Assembly: GCF_006345805.1 (NCBI RefSeq)
Contig: NC_043009.1
Location: 51,956,001 to 52,020,000, forward strand
Direction: 5' to 3'
Length of the DNA: 64,000 bases
From: Octopus sinensis
Lineage: Eukaryota
Shown here in pieces: positions 26,093 to 39,243 of the stretch. The notes under the pieces are model-generated. The model worked only from the letters and a program-made list of their open reading frames with translations, was not told the DNA's origin and made no database searches. The first letter of the stretch is position 1; every line of letters begins with the position of its first letter. Made by a program: the position numbers and the translations under genes.

Positions 26093-26716
26093 GTGTTGTA
26101 TGAAAGTTACCAGCATGTGGCGGAAAAATATTCTCCTTTCAAACAGATATTTTCACAGCCGCCTATTGTATCCTTTAGACGGAATAAGAATATAAGAGAA
26201 TTATTGACCACTATTTCGAACTCCAAGAAAACAAACGTTGGTGTATCTGCACGCTTCACCGTGAAAAACAGTCGCAAGATATGTAATTTCATTGTGCAAT
26301 ACATGAGTCAAGTGAATTCCATCAGGTATCATAACAGAAATATTATGATTTATAGAGATGGTGGAACATGTAGAGATTCCCATTTGATGTACGCAGCAGA
26401 ATGCACCAAAAACAACATGATTTATGTTGGTTGTACAACAGAACAATTAAACAAAAAAATTAGTGGGCACAGATATGACATCAGACATAATAGCAATAGT
26501 TTGACAGAACTTGTTGAACACTTTCCTTCAAGCGGCTGCAATTTTGAAAAAGACTTGAAAGTGTATATTCTCAGAAAATATTCTGAATCTGTTTCACTTT
26601 CACTTCTCAAAATGTATGAGGAGAAATATATTTGCGATTTATTAGCATCATGCCCCAGAGGACAGAATAAAATGACTGGAAAATATCATCGAATTTACAC
26701 AAAACTGTTTTATTAA
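26093..26716 (+). pseudogene. PLE GIY-YIG endonuclease domain ORF (207 aa), probably inactive
   Basis: Open frame containing the motifs above. The position of the conserved GIY-YIG arginine (L..R...H) reads LNKKISGH, and the annotated start is a GTG inside a truncated element. Confidence 0.8.
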
Positions 26717-26902
26717 ATATTCTTCTTCATTTTCTTTCCTTTTTTCTTTACTCTTCTTTTTTTTGCCTTTTTGTTTCCGTCTGTTATAAAATTGAAACTT
26801 AAAGACGGATGGTGTCATTCCATCAACGTGAGGACGCTGCTTGCTCTCATTCACAGTTTAAATTTGAATTTCTATAATTTTGAATTTTTTTCACTTTTTA
26901 TT

Positions 26903-26945
26903 TTGAACTCGACAAAGACAGGCTTGCTGTCGAAATATCGTTCAA
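26903..26945 (+). ncRNA. Minimal type-I hammerhead ribozyme motif in the PLE 3' pLTR
   Basis: Stem I TTGAAC/GTTCAA (6 bp). Core TCGACAA plus an extra A. Stem II GACAG-gcttg-CTGTC. Then GAAA, a loop-less palindromic stem III (ATAT), and triplet ATC with predicted cleavage after 26939. Confidence 0.72.
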
Positions 26946-26999
26946 CCAATAAAATATCTATTACAATCGCATCGCACGCTTCATCTTGTCTGTTTTATT

Positions 27000-27190
27000 T
27001 CTATTATTATTATTAGATTATTATTATATATTATTATATTATTATTATTATATTTTATATTATTATTATTATTATTATATTATATTATTATTATTATTAT
27101 TATTATTTTATTATTATTATTATATTATTATTATTATTATTTATTATTATTATTATTATTATATTATTATTATTATTAATTATTACCATC
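27000..27190. repeat. (TAT)n array
   Basis: Read directly from the sequence. Confidence 0.95.
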
Positions 27191-27964
27191 CTCTGTACCA
27201 TTCACAACATTGCCAGTATGATTGTTATTACTATCACCAATATCATTATTTTCCCTGTTATAATTCGTAAATTGCTTGGTTGTTATAAAGCTTTTATTAA
27301 TACTAAGATCGCCTTAATATTAGGCTGACATAGCTAATTTCACTATCTAATTCACGGTTTCTATTAACTTGAGATTTTCCCTTATTGCTAACCGATCTTT
27401 CTGTTATCCATAAAGCTCTTTTTACTATTCCAATTAGAATATCCCTCATTATTTTTACTTTATTATTATGGTGATCGCTATTATTCTTTATCCCTTTCAA
27501 TCACTTTTGCATCTTTATCTCTATTTTTATCCTCACCATTACGAACATAATGAATTTTCTCCTCATAAGCTTCTTCAGCTAAAGCTAAATTGCAGTATTT
27601 CTTGTTCCGCTTAAATATTCTTTCATTTACTTAAAGTTTACGGATTCTAAGGAGGGACCTTCTAGGCATAAAATTTATATGTAATTTTCGAAGAGTGGAT
27701 ATTTGTCTCACATTCATGGGGCTCCCATTTCATTTGTGGTACGTACTATCAAACCCCTGATTAACGTACAAAGTAACATTCAGAAAGTTTACTTTATTAT
27801 ACTCAGTATCCATGGAGATGAATAGACATGAGCTCTTAGAAAACATTTTTCTTATATGTTTCTAAGATAACCTTATTATAACTATTATAACTATGAATAG
27901 TTAACAAAGTCTCGTCCCTACATAACCTCCCAGCAAATGCAGGAAACTCCCTATTTAAACATTG

Positions 27965-28013
<49 letters not shown>

Positions 28014-28482
28014 TATAATATGACAATGTTCGTAACTTAAAAACATGTATATAATTTACAGTATTCTATTTAATGTTAAATAAAACAATTCAATGTCTGA
28101 GTTAATGCAAAATGCAAAACAATGTTTCAAAATAATATAGAAATTGAGCTACGTCCTCAGCTGAAAGAAAGTTTTTCTAATTGCTTAATAATATTTCACC
28201 AAACTAAATCGATGTCATTTATGACTTTATACACACCATATCGTTTTCTCATATAATTTACTATATATTCTATATATTTTGTAGAAGGATGCATTAAGGA
28301 ACTTATTTATGAGTACTACTGGATTACCTGAATCCATGTAATGTGATGTAAATATATATGTGTATACATATATCTATATATATATATATATATACCACAC
28401 ACAGACACACATATTTATATATATATTATATATATATCATATATTCTATATATATATATAATATATATATATAATATTATAT

Positions 28483-28531
<49 letters not shown>

Positions 28532-28534
28532 ATA

Positions 28535-28749
28535 TAGGGTGGCAAAAAATTTCGCAGAGATTTTTTTGCCACCAGCAGCCTAGTGGGAAAAAAGTAAATA
28601 GTCATAGACCATTTTATAAATTCAACAGCAAAATTAAGGAACGGCCATAATAGGCCATTCAACCCACTAGAAATAACAGCCAAGGCTTCAACCGCAAAAC
28701 AATATTAATTCCGTAAACCAGGAGAAAATTTAAAAAAACATTTACCCTG
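28535..28749. mobile_element. Possible short Tc1/mariner-type non-autonomous element
   Basis: Ends TAGGGTG and ACCCTG-TA resemble TA-CAGGGTG termini. Internal hairpin GGTGGCAAAAAAT/ATTTTTTTGCCACC at 28538-28573 and inverted CTAGTGGG/CCCACTAG. Confidence 0.3.
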
Positions 28750-29169
28750 TAATACTTTATACGATGCATCGTTTCGTCTATTCTTTAATGGTAAATCAAC
28801 CTGATTAAATTAAATTTGTAGTTGAATTATATATATATATATATATATATATAACATGGGATCATTATAAACGGCAGATTTTAGCCATTTCTCCGCAGAT
28901 TGAAAAAAATCTGATGAACAACTTAATCGATTTTCGAACCTTATTGAGTTCTCATCAGAGACGTCTACATTATTCTGACAGTTTCCAGAGACACAAACAG
29001 TCAATCTCTTTCTATACTCAACATATGCAGCAGTTACTCAGTTACTCTATGGAGGAGTAACTAATTTGCATACCGAAAATGTTTAACTTTATAAATACAA
29101 GAGGCCTCTCAACGGGGATCTTAGTCCATACAGTATCAAGGTACATAAATATGTAACACACACACACCC

Positions 29170-29238
<69 letters not shown>

Positions 29239-29336
29239 TATAATAATAATAATAATAAATATTAGGGAATAAATCCAAATTTAGAAGGAAAAATCAGATT
29301 TAAGATTGAATCCAATTTTATAATAAAATATTATAT

Positions 29337-29503
29337 TATAATAAATTAGAGACAAAACCACTATTATGCAAATCAAACAAAGAAGACTTAGCCAATACAT
29401 AAAATATAAAATAATTTATATAAATTATTTTATATTTTATGTATTGGCTTAGTCTTTCTTTGTTTGATTTGCATAATAGTGGTTTTGTCTCTAATTTATT
29501 ATA
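29337..29503. repeat. 167-bp loop-less palindrome within a repeat remnant (about 29262-29503) between (TA)n arrays
   Basis: Centre at AATAATTTAT|ATAAATTATT (29419/29420). The arms differ by one substitution and one indel. Confidence 0.95.
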
Positions 29504-30074
29504 TTATATATATTATATATATATATATATACATACATACACATGTACATATATATGTACGCTACTAAGGCAGTTGTTTGTGAAGTTTTGCCGGACCACT
29601 ATAGTGATTTTAAAGTTGGTCTGCAATATCTGTATAATTATTTCCTCTGAATTTTTCTTCTCCTTTCTGCATACATACATACATACAGACATACATACAT
29701 ATAAATATATGCATATATATTAACAGCTACATACGTATACACAATAACTCTCACACACAGACATAATAGTATATTCGATGATATTCATATGTGTGCCTCT
29801 GTGTAAACGTGTACAAGTTCTATGTTCTTTGTCCAAATTTAAATTAAATGCGTCTTAAGACCACATATTAAGACCACTTTTGAGAATTCACTCCCGCAGA
29901 CTTCATACATTTCTTCATATATTTATTTCCGAATGTGTTTGAACATGATTACTTATACACTCAAGTACAAAACAAATGTACATCTACATTTATATCTATA
30001 GATATATCTATAGACTTAGGTCTCTATCACTTTGTCTCTCTCTTTCTCTCTGTTTCTCTCTCTACACACACATA

Positions 30075-30127
<53 letters not shown>

Positions 30128-30396
30128 ATGTGTATACATATGTGTGTGTGTGGGGGTCAAAATAAGCAACAGGATATCAAGTAGTGATGCGGTGGTGATT
30201 TTATTCAACTTACTTCAAGCTCAGCAGATAATACCGGACTCACTTGTTGCTTCAACGTAAGTACCTAATTCAACTGAATCTCAATTATTTCTTATATATC
30301 TATATGTGTGTGTGTATATGTATGTATGTATGTATGTATGTCTGTATATATGCATGAATATATATTTATATATATATATATATCCATATGTATATA

Positions 30397-30546
30397 GTTT
30401 AAATTTATAGAAATCGAAAGAGTAACACAGGTGTGGAATCAACAAAGATGTGTATTAGTTTAACGCTCGGGAAGAATGGAGAAGTCTTTTGCGTCTCGAG
30501 CCTGCGCTCTTCAACAAAAAGGAGCCAGAAGAAAAAACGGAGAGGT
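30397..30546 (-). mobile_element. PLE-type 3' end remnant with a decayed hammerhead fold
   Basis: Shares TATTAGTTTAACGCTCGGG and CG..TCGAGCCT..GCTCTTC with 31108-31460 and 51914-52100. Minus strand reads CTTT TTGTTGA A GAGC-gcag-GCTC GAGAC GCA AAAG. Confidence 0.6.
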
Positions 30547-30560
30547 AATCTATATATATA

Positions 30561-31040
30561 CTTGGTCATCCCATAAATAATGCTGTTTTTTCAACTGAAT
30601 GGACTAGAAATCGCAGGAAAACAGGATAAACTACCTGCATCAACTTGCTGTAAAAGCAGGTAGTAATTTTACCTTGTGATTATTCTTAGTGCAAGTTTCA
30701 AAGAGTGCAGTTCGATTTTAGCAGTTATATTTTCAAAGTCATAATGGAAATGACAAGGGTGCATATTCGGCATACTTTGTTCAATAAAGACAACGATGCA
30801 TCAGAAAGTGAGAGGAATAACAATGCAGTATATGGGGACTGGACCATAAGCGTAAGCCAGTGTCAACGGTAGTTCTACAAATTCCGAGTCGGAAACTACA
30901 GCCTAGTAGACGAGCACCGTGATTCAGAGGTCGATGAGAACGTCCTGCAAATCCTGGTGGAACAAAATCCCATCGTAACTGTTCAGGAACTAGTAAAGAA
31001 GCTTGGATTTGGTCATTCAACCATTCATTGACACCAGCAC
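30561..31040 (+). mobile_element. Mariner (Tc1/mariner) 5' fragment: left end and decayed transposase N-terminus
   Basis: The terminus TA-CTTGGTCATCCCATAAATAATGC follows (TA)n. From ATG 30744 the decayed frames give MEMTRVHIRH.., NAVYGDWTISVSQCQR*FYKFRVGNYSLVDE and DENVLQILVEQNPIVTVQELVKKLGFGHSTIH, the bipartite HTH region of mariner transposases. Confidence 0.85.
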
Positions 31041-31107
31041 TATAAGAAAAGCAACTGTTGTTTTTTTGTTGTTTTTTTTGGGTGAATTCTTCCGATATAT
31101 ATATATA

Positions 31108-31460
31108 GGGAGAGAATTCAGAAAACAAAAACAAAAGACGAAGAGAGGTAGTGTAGACAACAGACAGATACATTAGTATAACACTCGGGAAGTGGAAAAG
31201 TATTTAATGTTTCGAACCTACGCTCTTCCACAGAGAAGAGCTCAGAAAGAAACAAGGAGAGAAAATAAAGAATGAGTAGTGACTAGCGATCTATCATGGC
31301 GAAACCCGGACAGAAGTGTCACACAGGAGGCCTAGGGGAAGGGGTGATAACAAAGGGGGTGGTGATCCCAAAATGAAGGTGCGCGTGCGATTGTATAAGA
31401 GAGTTTGTATGTGCGTAATGAAGAGGGCTGGTGTTCTTGACTTGTTCGTGTGTGTATGAT
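31108..31460 (-). mobile_element. PLE-type 3' end remnant bounded by (TA)n on both sides, with a decayed hammerhead fold
   Basis: Same family as 51914-52100. The minus strand at 31201-31236 reads CTGTGGA A GAGC-gtag-GTTC GAAAC ATT AAA. Confidence 0.65.
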
Positions 31461-32034
31461 ATATATATATATATATATATGTATAATTTTCCTCTTTTTT
31501 GCCTTCTCTTTCTAGTACGAAAAAAAGTCTGAAGAGAGAGTGGCGAACAAACGTAAAAAGCTCTTTCTTTACATAAAAATCTTTAAAAAATAATTTACCC
31601 CAGGAATTTGAAATCTAATAATAAGGTCTCCATATGTATTAAACGAATTTGCAATTTTATCATGTTTTATTTATTTTAATCTACACATTATTTTACCCTT
31701 GTCACGTTGAACATCATTCTAGATAGAGTGTTTAGCAACGCATTTGCTGTTCTGTTTTGCTGTGTAATAACTACGAAATAATATCTTTACTGAAATACAT
31801 TGGCGTTCTTTTTGTATGTATTTATATATAAAAATCATACGTATTTTCATATCATTCTCTATATTTATTTGTAAGGTTTTGTGTACAATCATTTCCAAGA
31901 AAGTGCTTTTAGGCGTATGTTCGTTCCACATTTCATATATGAGTAATTATTTTTCACATCAATTAACGTATGGCTAATATAAATAATATTATTAATATTA
32001 AATTAATATTAATAATATTAATATATATAACACC

Positions 32035-32067
<33 letters not shown>

Positions 32068-32478
32068 AATATATATATATATATACATTGAAAAAAGAAA
32101 AAATGCCATCATTTCATCCTGCAAGGTTGATTGGAATTTCTAGTTTTGGTTAAAATGAATGTAATTATGTTCGATGTAATGCTAACTTACCAGATTTTTT
32201 GCTGTCAGTGAGCCATAAATTTCTGTATTTCAGAGGCAAATATATTTACACGTAGATGCATTATCACAAGTTTATGGATAAATACCGATATTAAACATAC
32301 ATTATACTCTCACCCGTAAGCACAAACACACACGCACGCGCGCATACACGCAGAGGCGCACGCACGCATACACGCAGAGGCGCACGCACTCACACACACT
32401 TCGAAGAACATATATAGAAATTGCCATGCACAGTTAAATGTGTGTATGTGTATATATATATGTATATATATGTATATA

Positions 32479-32513
<35 letters not shown>

Positions 32514-32517
32514 TTGC

Positions 32518-32548
<31 letters not shown>

Positions 32549-33458
32549 CAAATGCACTTGCATATTATAGTCAATATGTCGCTGAGAACAATTATGCATA
32601 TTACTATATAAATATGCATAGATATTCTTAGATATATAAATGTAAATAACATTTATCTACATTATATATGTAGATGCATACACATTGATACAGACACGCA
32701 TACGTACATACATATACACACACACATACTATATATATATATATATATATACGCAAATATTAGAGATTGAGGCAGTGTCGTAATATGTATGTAAATATGT
32801 ACATTTTATTAACTCAATCTCCTAAAAGAGAATCAGATTGTAATTCGCGTTAGTATGAAATTGTACAGAAATTTCCATTTAGCTATTTATGTATGAGAAA
32901 TATTGTATCGTAATGCGATATATTAATAATTTTATAATGAAACATATCAAATATAAAAAGAAGTGAAAATTACTTTGCATATAATTCTGAACAATTCGCG
33001 TATTGTTAATATTGAAAAATCTTTATCTAGCTCTTAGTAATTGATTCTTTAGATAATAGATATATGTTAGTAGCTCGAAGCATTTAAATGGGAATGACTT
33101 TTATATAAATATATTCGTACCAATTTCATTTGCTATTCTGTTTTTCTCGTTGTCTTCTTTATATTTGAAGAAATGGAATTATATTGAATAATTTTGTCAA
33201 ATGGTTTTTCAAAAGAAATTTCTTTAAGGTAGGCAAAAGAAAATTAATTTTTTGACTTTGCTTCTGCTTATGTACACTACGGAGAAAATATTGATGGAAA
33301 CAAATGAAACGGCTCAACCGTTTATTAGCGACACGTAGGAGCATATATGCATATTCACACATATAGCGGTACAGAGATAGAAAAGAGAAAACTAATGACA
33401 GATACATAAGGTGTCACTGAGATTATACAGCTTGTGTATGAGACTATAGATAAACGCA

Positions 33459-33522
<64 letters not shown>

Positions 33523-33526
<4 letters not shown>

Positions 33527-33799
33527 TGACGTATTTTTGCCATTTCAATATGGCTAACCCCTAAGGTGGATGCTACTGTAGTTTTTAGCCCCAGGAGGAC
33601 ACACTCCTCCAGCTGGCCATAGACACACTATCTGTGTCCTGTCATAGTGTGCCTATGGCCAGCTGGAGGAGTGTGTCCTCCTGGGGCTAAAAACTACAGT
33701 AGCATCCACCCTTAGGGGTTAGCCATATTGAAATGGCAAAAATACGTCACGATGTGTTACCGCTACTGTATATAACTCACTTTGATATTTATCATTGTT
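33523..33799 (+). mobile_element. Fold-back element in (TA)n: 109/110-bp inverted arms plus a unique 3' tail
   Basis: 33523-33631 is the reverse complement of 33644-33753 with one substitution and one indel. The right arm continues into a tail (to about 33799) homologous to 51733-51780 and 62002-62051. Confidence 0.9.
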
Positions 33800-33803
33800 A
33801 TAT

Positions 33804-33878
<75 letters not shown>

Positions 33879-35111
33879 TACGTACCTATAGAGAACACTA
33901 AATAAACAAAATAAAAAATGATTTTGGTTTTTACCACTATAGAATTTTGTGAATCTTGTTACTAATATTTTCAAATTAAGAGACTATCGCTCTGGTTAAC
34001 TGAGAACTATAACATGAAACTCGAGTTAACTTATAGAAATATTCTACTAAACAAATAATTTGTTTTGTCTGCAAACGAAGGCATCCCTACTTCGACTTGA
34101 AAGAAACATTCTCGTGAATAAAATTAGAATACCTTATTAGTCAAAAATTATGAAAAGGGCCGCTATATTTGCAAATAAAATGTTAACACCATCGATAATA
34201 ATTCATTTGCCTTACAATTAAAACAATGACGATTAAAGATATTAAAGTTCTGCGAAAACAAAAATGGTACAATTCTTATATGCACTACAATTTGGTAATA
34301 ATTTATTCCTTCAGAAGCAAGCAAATGGAAGAGCATAGAATAATTTAGAAAGTCAGATTAAAAGTCAGATTAAAAGTAGCTCAATGGTAAAATAAGCAAA
34401 GGAAACAAGGAAAATGCAATTTTTTTGTATAACTTATGGAAGTTCTAGATTTCTGTATGATCTATAGTTTGTAGAACTTTTGAAGGATCTAGAATACTTT
34501 TAGAACTTAAGGAAGTTCTAGAGTTCTATATGATACTTTTAGAGTTCTAGAGATCTATATGGTTATGAAATCAGCCATGCTGATTTGGATGCATGCACGA
34601 CTTCGGAGTGCTCATATCGCATTCCTCCAAACAATTCCTTATGTTTATGAGAAACGATTTTGATTAGCCATTCACATATATATATATGTGTGTGTGTCTG
34701 TGTGTGTGTGTCTGTGTGTTTGTGTGTTTGTGTGTTTGTGTGTGTGTGTGTGTGTGTTGTGTGTGTGTGTGTGTGTGTGTGTGTCTTTGGTGTCAGCGTG
34801 TTGATTATGATTAATCTTCTTTCTGCTGTCATGTATATAAATATTATACTAGTCAGCAACGCAGGTGTTGATACTGAAGTTCGTATAATTTCTTTTGAAA
34901 CAGAAAACGCAATTAGTTCGTTTTGTTACATTCCATTTTTAAACGTTATTAAACAACTTACGAGGTGGAGACCTTTGACAGACCGTTTCTCATGCTTATA
35001 TATCGCATCAGAATGTGGACAATGATCGTATGCACAGATTTGAATCCAAACCATGTACGACGATCGTTGCATTTCATGATGTTACTGCAAAGCGCGCGTG
35101 CTTTTATATAT

Positions 35112-35341
35112 ATTTCTTTACTACCCACAAGGGGCTAAACATAGAGGGGGACAAACAAGGACAGACAAAGGGATTAAGTCGATTACATCGACCCCAGTAC
35201 GTAACTGGTACTTAATTTATCAACCCCGAAAGGATGAAAGGCAAAGTCGACCTCGGTGGAATTTGAACCCAGAACGTAACGGTAGACGAAATACGGCTAC
35301 GCATTTCGCCCGGCGCGTCAACGTTTCTGCCACTTCGCCGC
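35112..35341 (-). mobile_element. Full-length family B SINE with target-site duplication
   Basis: Near-identical to the reverse complement of 61095-61326. CGCGTGCTTTTATATAT is duplicated at 35095-35111 and 35342-35358. Confidence 0.95.
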
Positions 35342-36493
35342 CGCGTGCTTTTATATATGTGCGTGTCTTTGCATGTCTTTGTGTGTATGCGCATGCGTTT
35401 GTTTAGGTATATGTGTGCGAGTGTGTGGACCTTGTGAGTGTGTATAACAGATATATGATCAACTAGTTCGTTTTTATATATGTTTTCAACATAGTTCATT
35501 GAGACATTATTATTTTTCTTTATTTTCTTACATATATGTTCTGTAGTACATTTAATGAAATCCTTTTTGAATTTATATGGTCACTAATGGTTTGGTTTCA
35601 AACTCTATAACTAATATAACCCCAGTGTTTACCCTGGAGATACCAGACGGCAAAACGAGATGAAATGTATTCGCCAGTGCAGTAAAAAAAAAGAAGATAT
35701 CTTCATAATTATAAACTTACTTAGTCTGTCTGCGGGGGACAAAACCATAAGAATGCATTAAGTAACTATCATTTAACTGAACAGTCGCTTCGCTGAATGC
35801 CTTCCGTCATCCTATGAAACAGCTACTTAGAGAGACACATAATTTTCTGTTTGCATACGCAGACACTCACATACATATGGATGCATACAAGGAAAGACAG
35901 ACGCATACACGCACTCTAGAACGCACAAATATATTTATACATACACACACACACACACGCACCTACTCACACGCATACACGCGTGCACACACACATATAT
36001 GTATATGTATGTCGCACGATAGTAACGGTATTGCATGAATCGATACATTAGACGACAGATACATACTCTCACATACATATATGTTTGAATGATGATAGCT
36101 CAGGAAGAAGAATTCAAAATATATGGATGCGAATCGAGAAACAGAAATTTTCATAGATCTGGACAGTGATAATTGCAAGAATACAAGAAAATGTAATGCA
36201 CTCTAAAACATAAATAAGTGAATGAAATGCCGGAACGTTGGGTTGTCTATTCGGAAATTAGATTCAACATTTTGTGTAGGGTGTTGAGCATACGTAGAAG
36301 CAGACACAGAAAATGGTAAAATGTTTTACTAATGTTAAATGAGTGACATGTCATCATTGCGATTGCCAGGATGGAACTTCGATATTTTGACAAAACTTTG
36401 CATGAACAGAGTAATCAGTTTTCTCTTCATACAATGTACCACCGACAAATCCGTTAAACACGTAGTTGTGTAAAAGATACAGAGAGACTGGCG

Positions 36494-36900
<407 letters not shown>

Positions 36901-37588
36901 GAGTGTGTATGGATAATTATTTCGGTATAAGTGTAAAGAAAGAAGTTTGTGAGCAGCTTAATTATTGGTTCATGAATGTTTGTGTAATTGAGGAAAGAAA
37001 ACTGAACATAAAGTCGTCATTATAAATAAAGATTACCCTAGGTGATATATTTTCCCTATACTTAATATTTAAAACATCCAAATTGCTCCATATCCAACGA
37101 CAATCCTGTTTATGTATATGTTGTACATCTTCCACGTGAGGTAATGGAATAGGAGATAAGTAATTACTTAATTATATCGCATCTTCCATGGAAATGTATT
37201 GTTTATAAATCAAGGAAAGGCAGTGCCGAAAGTATGAGAAAATGAGAGAGCTGCATAGGTAAATACAGCGATAGGTATAAATATTTATCAATGTATCTAA
37301 TTTATGCAAAGCACTGCAAAGAGTACGGTGTTTCTGCAAGTTCTATTTTAAAGTAAGTTAGGAAAACTTTCATTGTTAGATTTTTTTTTCTTCTTAGTGT
37401 CAGATATAATTTGTACTTGTCCACCATCAAATTGTGAGGACATAGTACATACATATTTGATTCATTATAGTCCTGTGATGATCCGACCAACGGGATATGA
37501 ACAGAATTCTCTCAGACGGTAACTGTGCAGAAGCAGCTTTTCTACAAAACAAATGTTTTGAAATGTTGGAGTATTTCTGCATATATAT

Positions 37589-37745
37589 GAAGTGGCTGTG
37601 TGGTAAGTAGCTTGCTAACCAACCACATGGTTCCGAGTTCAGTCCCACTGCGTGGCATCTTGGGCAAGTGTCTTCTGCTATAGCCCCGGGCCGACCAATG
37701 CCTTCTGAGTGGATTTGGTAGACGGAAACTGAAAGAAGCCTGTCG

Positions 37746-37785
<40 letters not shown>

Positions 37786-38016
37786 ATGTGTGTGTGTATG
37801 TGTGTCTGTGTTTGTTCCCCTAGCATTGTTTGACAACCGATGCTGGTGTGTTTACGTCCCCGTCACCTAGCGGTTCGGCAAAAAGAGAGCGATAGAATAA
37901 GTACTGGGCTTACAAAAAGAATAAGTCCCGGGGTCGAGTTGCTCGACTAAAGGCAGTGCTCAAGCATGGCCGCAGTCAAATGACTGAAACAAGTAAAAGA
38001 GTAAAAGAGTAAAGAG
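37589..38016 (+). mobile_element. Family A SINE, near full length
   Basis: All family A modules are present, with tail (TAAAAGAG)n. Confidence 0.95.
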
Positions 38017-38176
38017 TATATATATATATATACATAGATTCATTTATAAATATACATATATATATACACACACACACATAAATATGCATATATATATATA
38101 CATATACATATATAAATATATATATACTTATATAAATATATATATATATATATACATGCACACACACACATATATG

Positions 38177-38218
<42 letters not shown>

Positions 38219-38261
38219 CGCCCGCACACACGCAAACACGAAGGCCAAAGTAACTCTTTCA

Positions 38262-38990
38262 TCTTATATCTTGAATCTTTTGCTTGTTTCAATCATATGA
38301 TTGCGGCCATGCTGGGTCACTACCCTGAAGAGTGCTTCGTCGATCGAATCTGTCCTAGTACGTTTTTAAGTATGGTACTTATTCTTTTGTTTTATTTTGC
38401 TGAGCTGTTATGTTGCGGGGGCGCAAACAAACAAAGAACGGTCGTCAGATGATGCTTGGGTATTAACAAAGACACAAAATCACCACCCATACACACGCAT
38501 CTCTCTGACCTGCTATATATATCTATATCTATCTATCTCTATATAGATATATATATACACACACACATACACCGACACACACACATATATATATATATGT
38601 GTTTGTATGAAGGCGCATGGCTAAGTGGTTAAAGCGTCCAGCTTACGATCGTGAGGTTGTGAGTTTGAATGCCGGACCGGGCTGCGTGTTGTGTTCTTCA
38701 GCAAGACATTTCATTTCACGTTGCTCCAGTTCACTCAGCTGTAGAAATGAGTTGCGACGTCACAGGTGCCAAGTTGTATCAGTGTTACCTTGGCTAACAC
38801 TGGTGGCGTGGAGAGGGGAGGCCGGCATACATGGGCGACTGCTGGTCTTCCATAAACAACCTTGCCCAGACATGTGCCTGGGATGGTAACTTTCTAGGTG
38901 CAATCCCACGGTCAGTCATGACTGCAGGACGAGCTTCTTTCAGTTTCCTCCTGCCATATCTACTCACAAAATTTTGTATTTCTGACGCAG
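38262..38990 (-). mobile_element. Old family A SINE split by a family D insertion
   Basis: The A tail lies on the minus strand at about 38262-38470 (GTTTCAATCA..TGATTGCGGCCATGCTGG). The A mid-body resumes at about 38926-38975 (GACGAGCTTCTTTCAGTTTCC...ACTCACAA). Confidence 0.7.
38609..38923 (+). mobile_element. Family D SINE, near full length
   Basis: A-box TGGCTAAGTGG, B-box-like GAGTTTGAATGCC, CORE-like TTCAGCAAGACA.TT.ATTTCAC.TTGCTCCAG, and the 3' domain shared with 2387-2625. Confidence 0.9.
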
Positions 38991-39195
38991 AAATATACAT
39001 ATACATGAGCATGCGCGCGTTTATATATGTTTATACGTGTACACCATCATATAATATCATCTACTCGTTTGATAGTTCGTTCTTTAATGGACAATATATT
39101 CGCATGTGTGCAGAGTATGAGATTATATGAGTGTGCGTTTTATTATACATAAACACATATATATTTCAATGTATGAAATATATATTCAATATATG

Positions 39196-39243
<48 letters not shown>

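Larger units (their letters stand above)
25935..27000 (+). mobile_element. 5'-truncated Penelope-like retroelement: end of RT/linker, GIY-YIG endonuclease and 3' pLTR
   Basis: SGYNESRLTEIANEI, then a frameshift at about 25990, then DRIPLVI...FKQIFSQPPIVSFRRNKNIRELL (PLE linker). GIY-YIG-type motifs follow: HLMYAAECTKNNMIYVGCT, ISGHRYDI, KMYEEKYI, GQN. Flanked by AAT/TAT-rich simple repeats. Confidence 0.88.
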
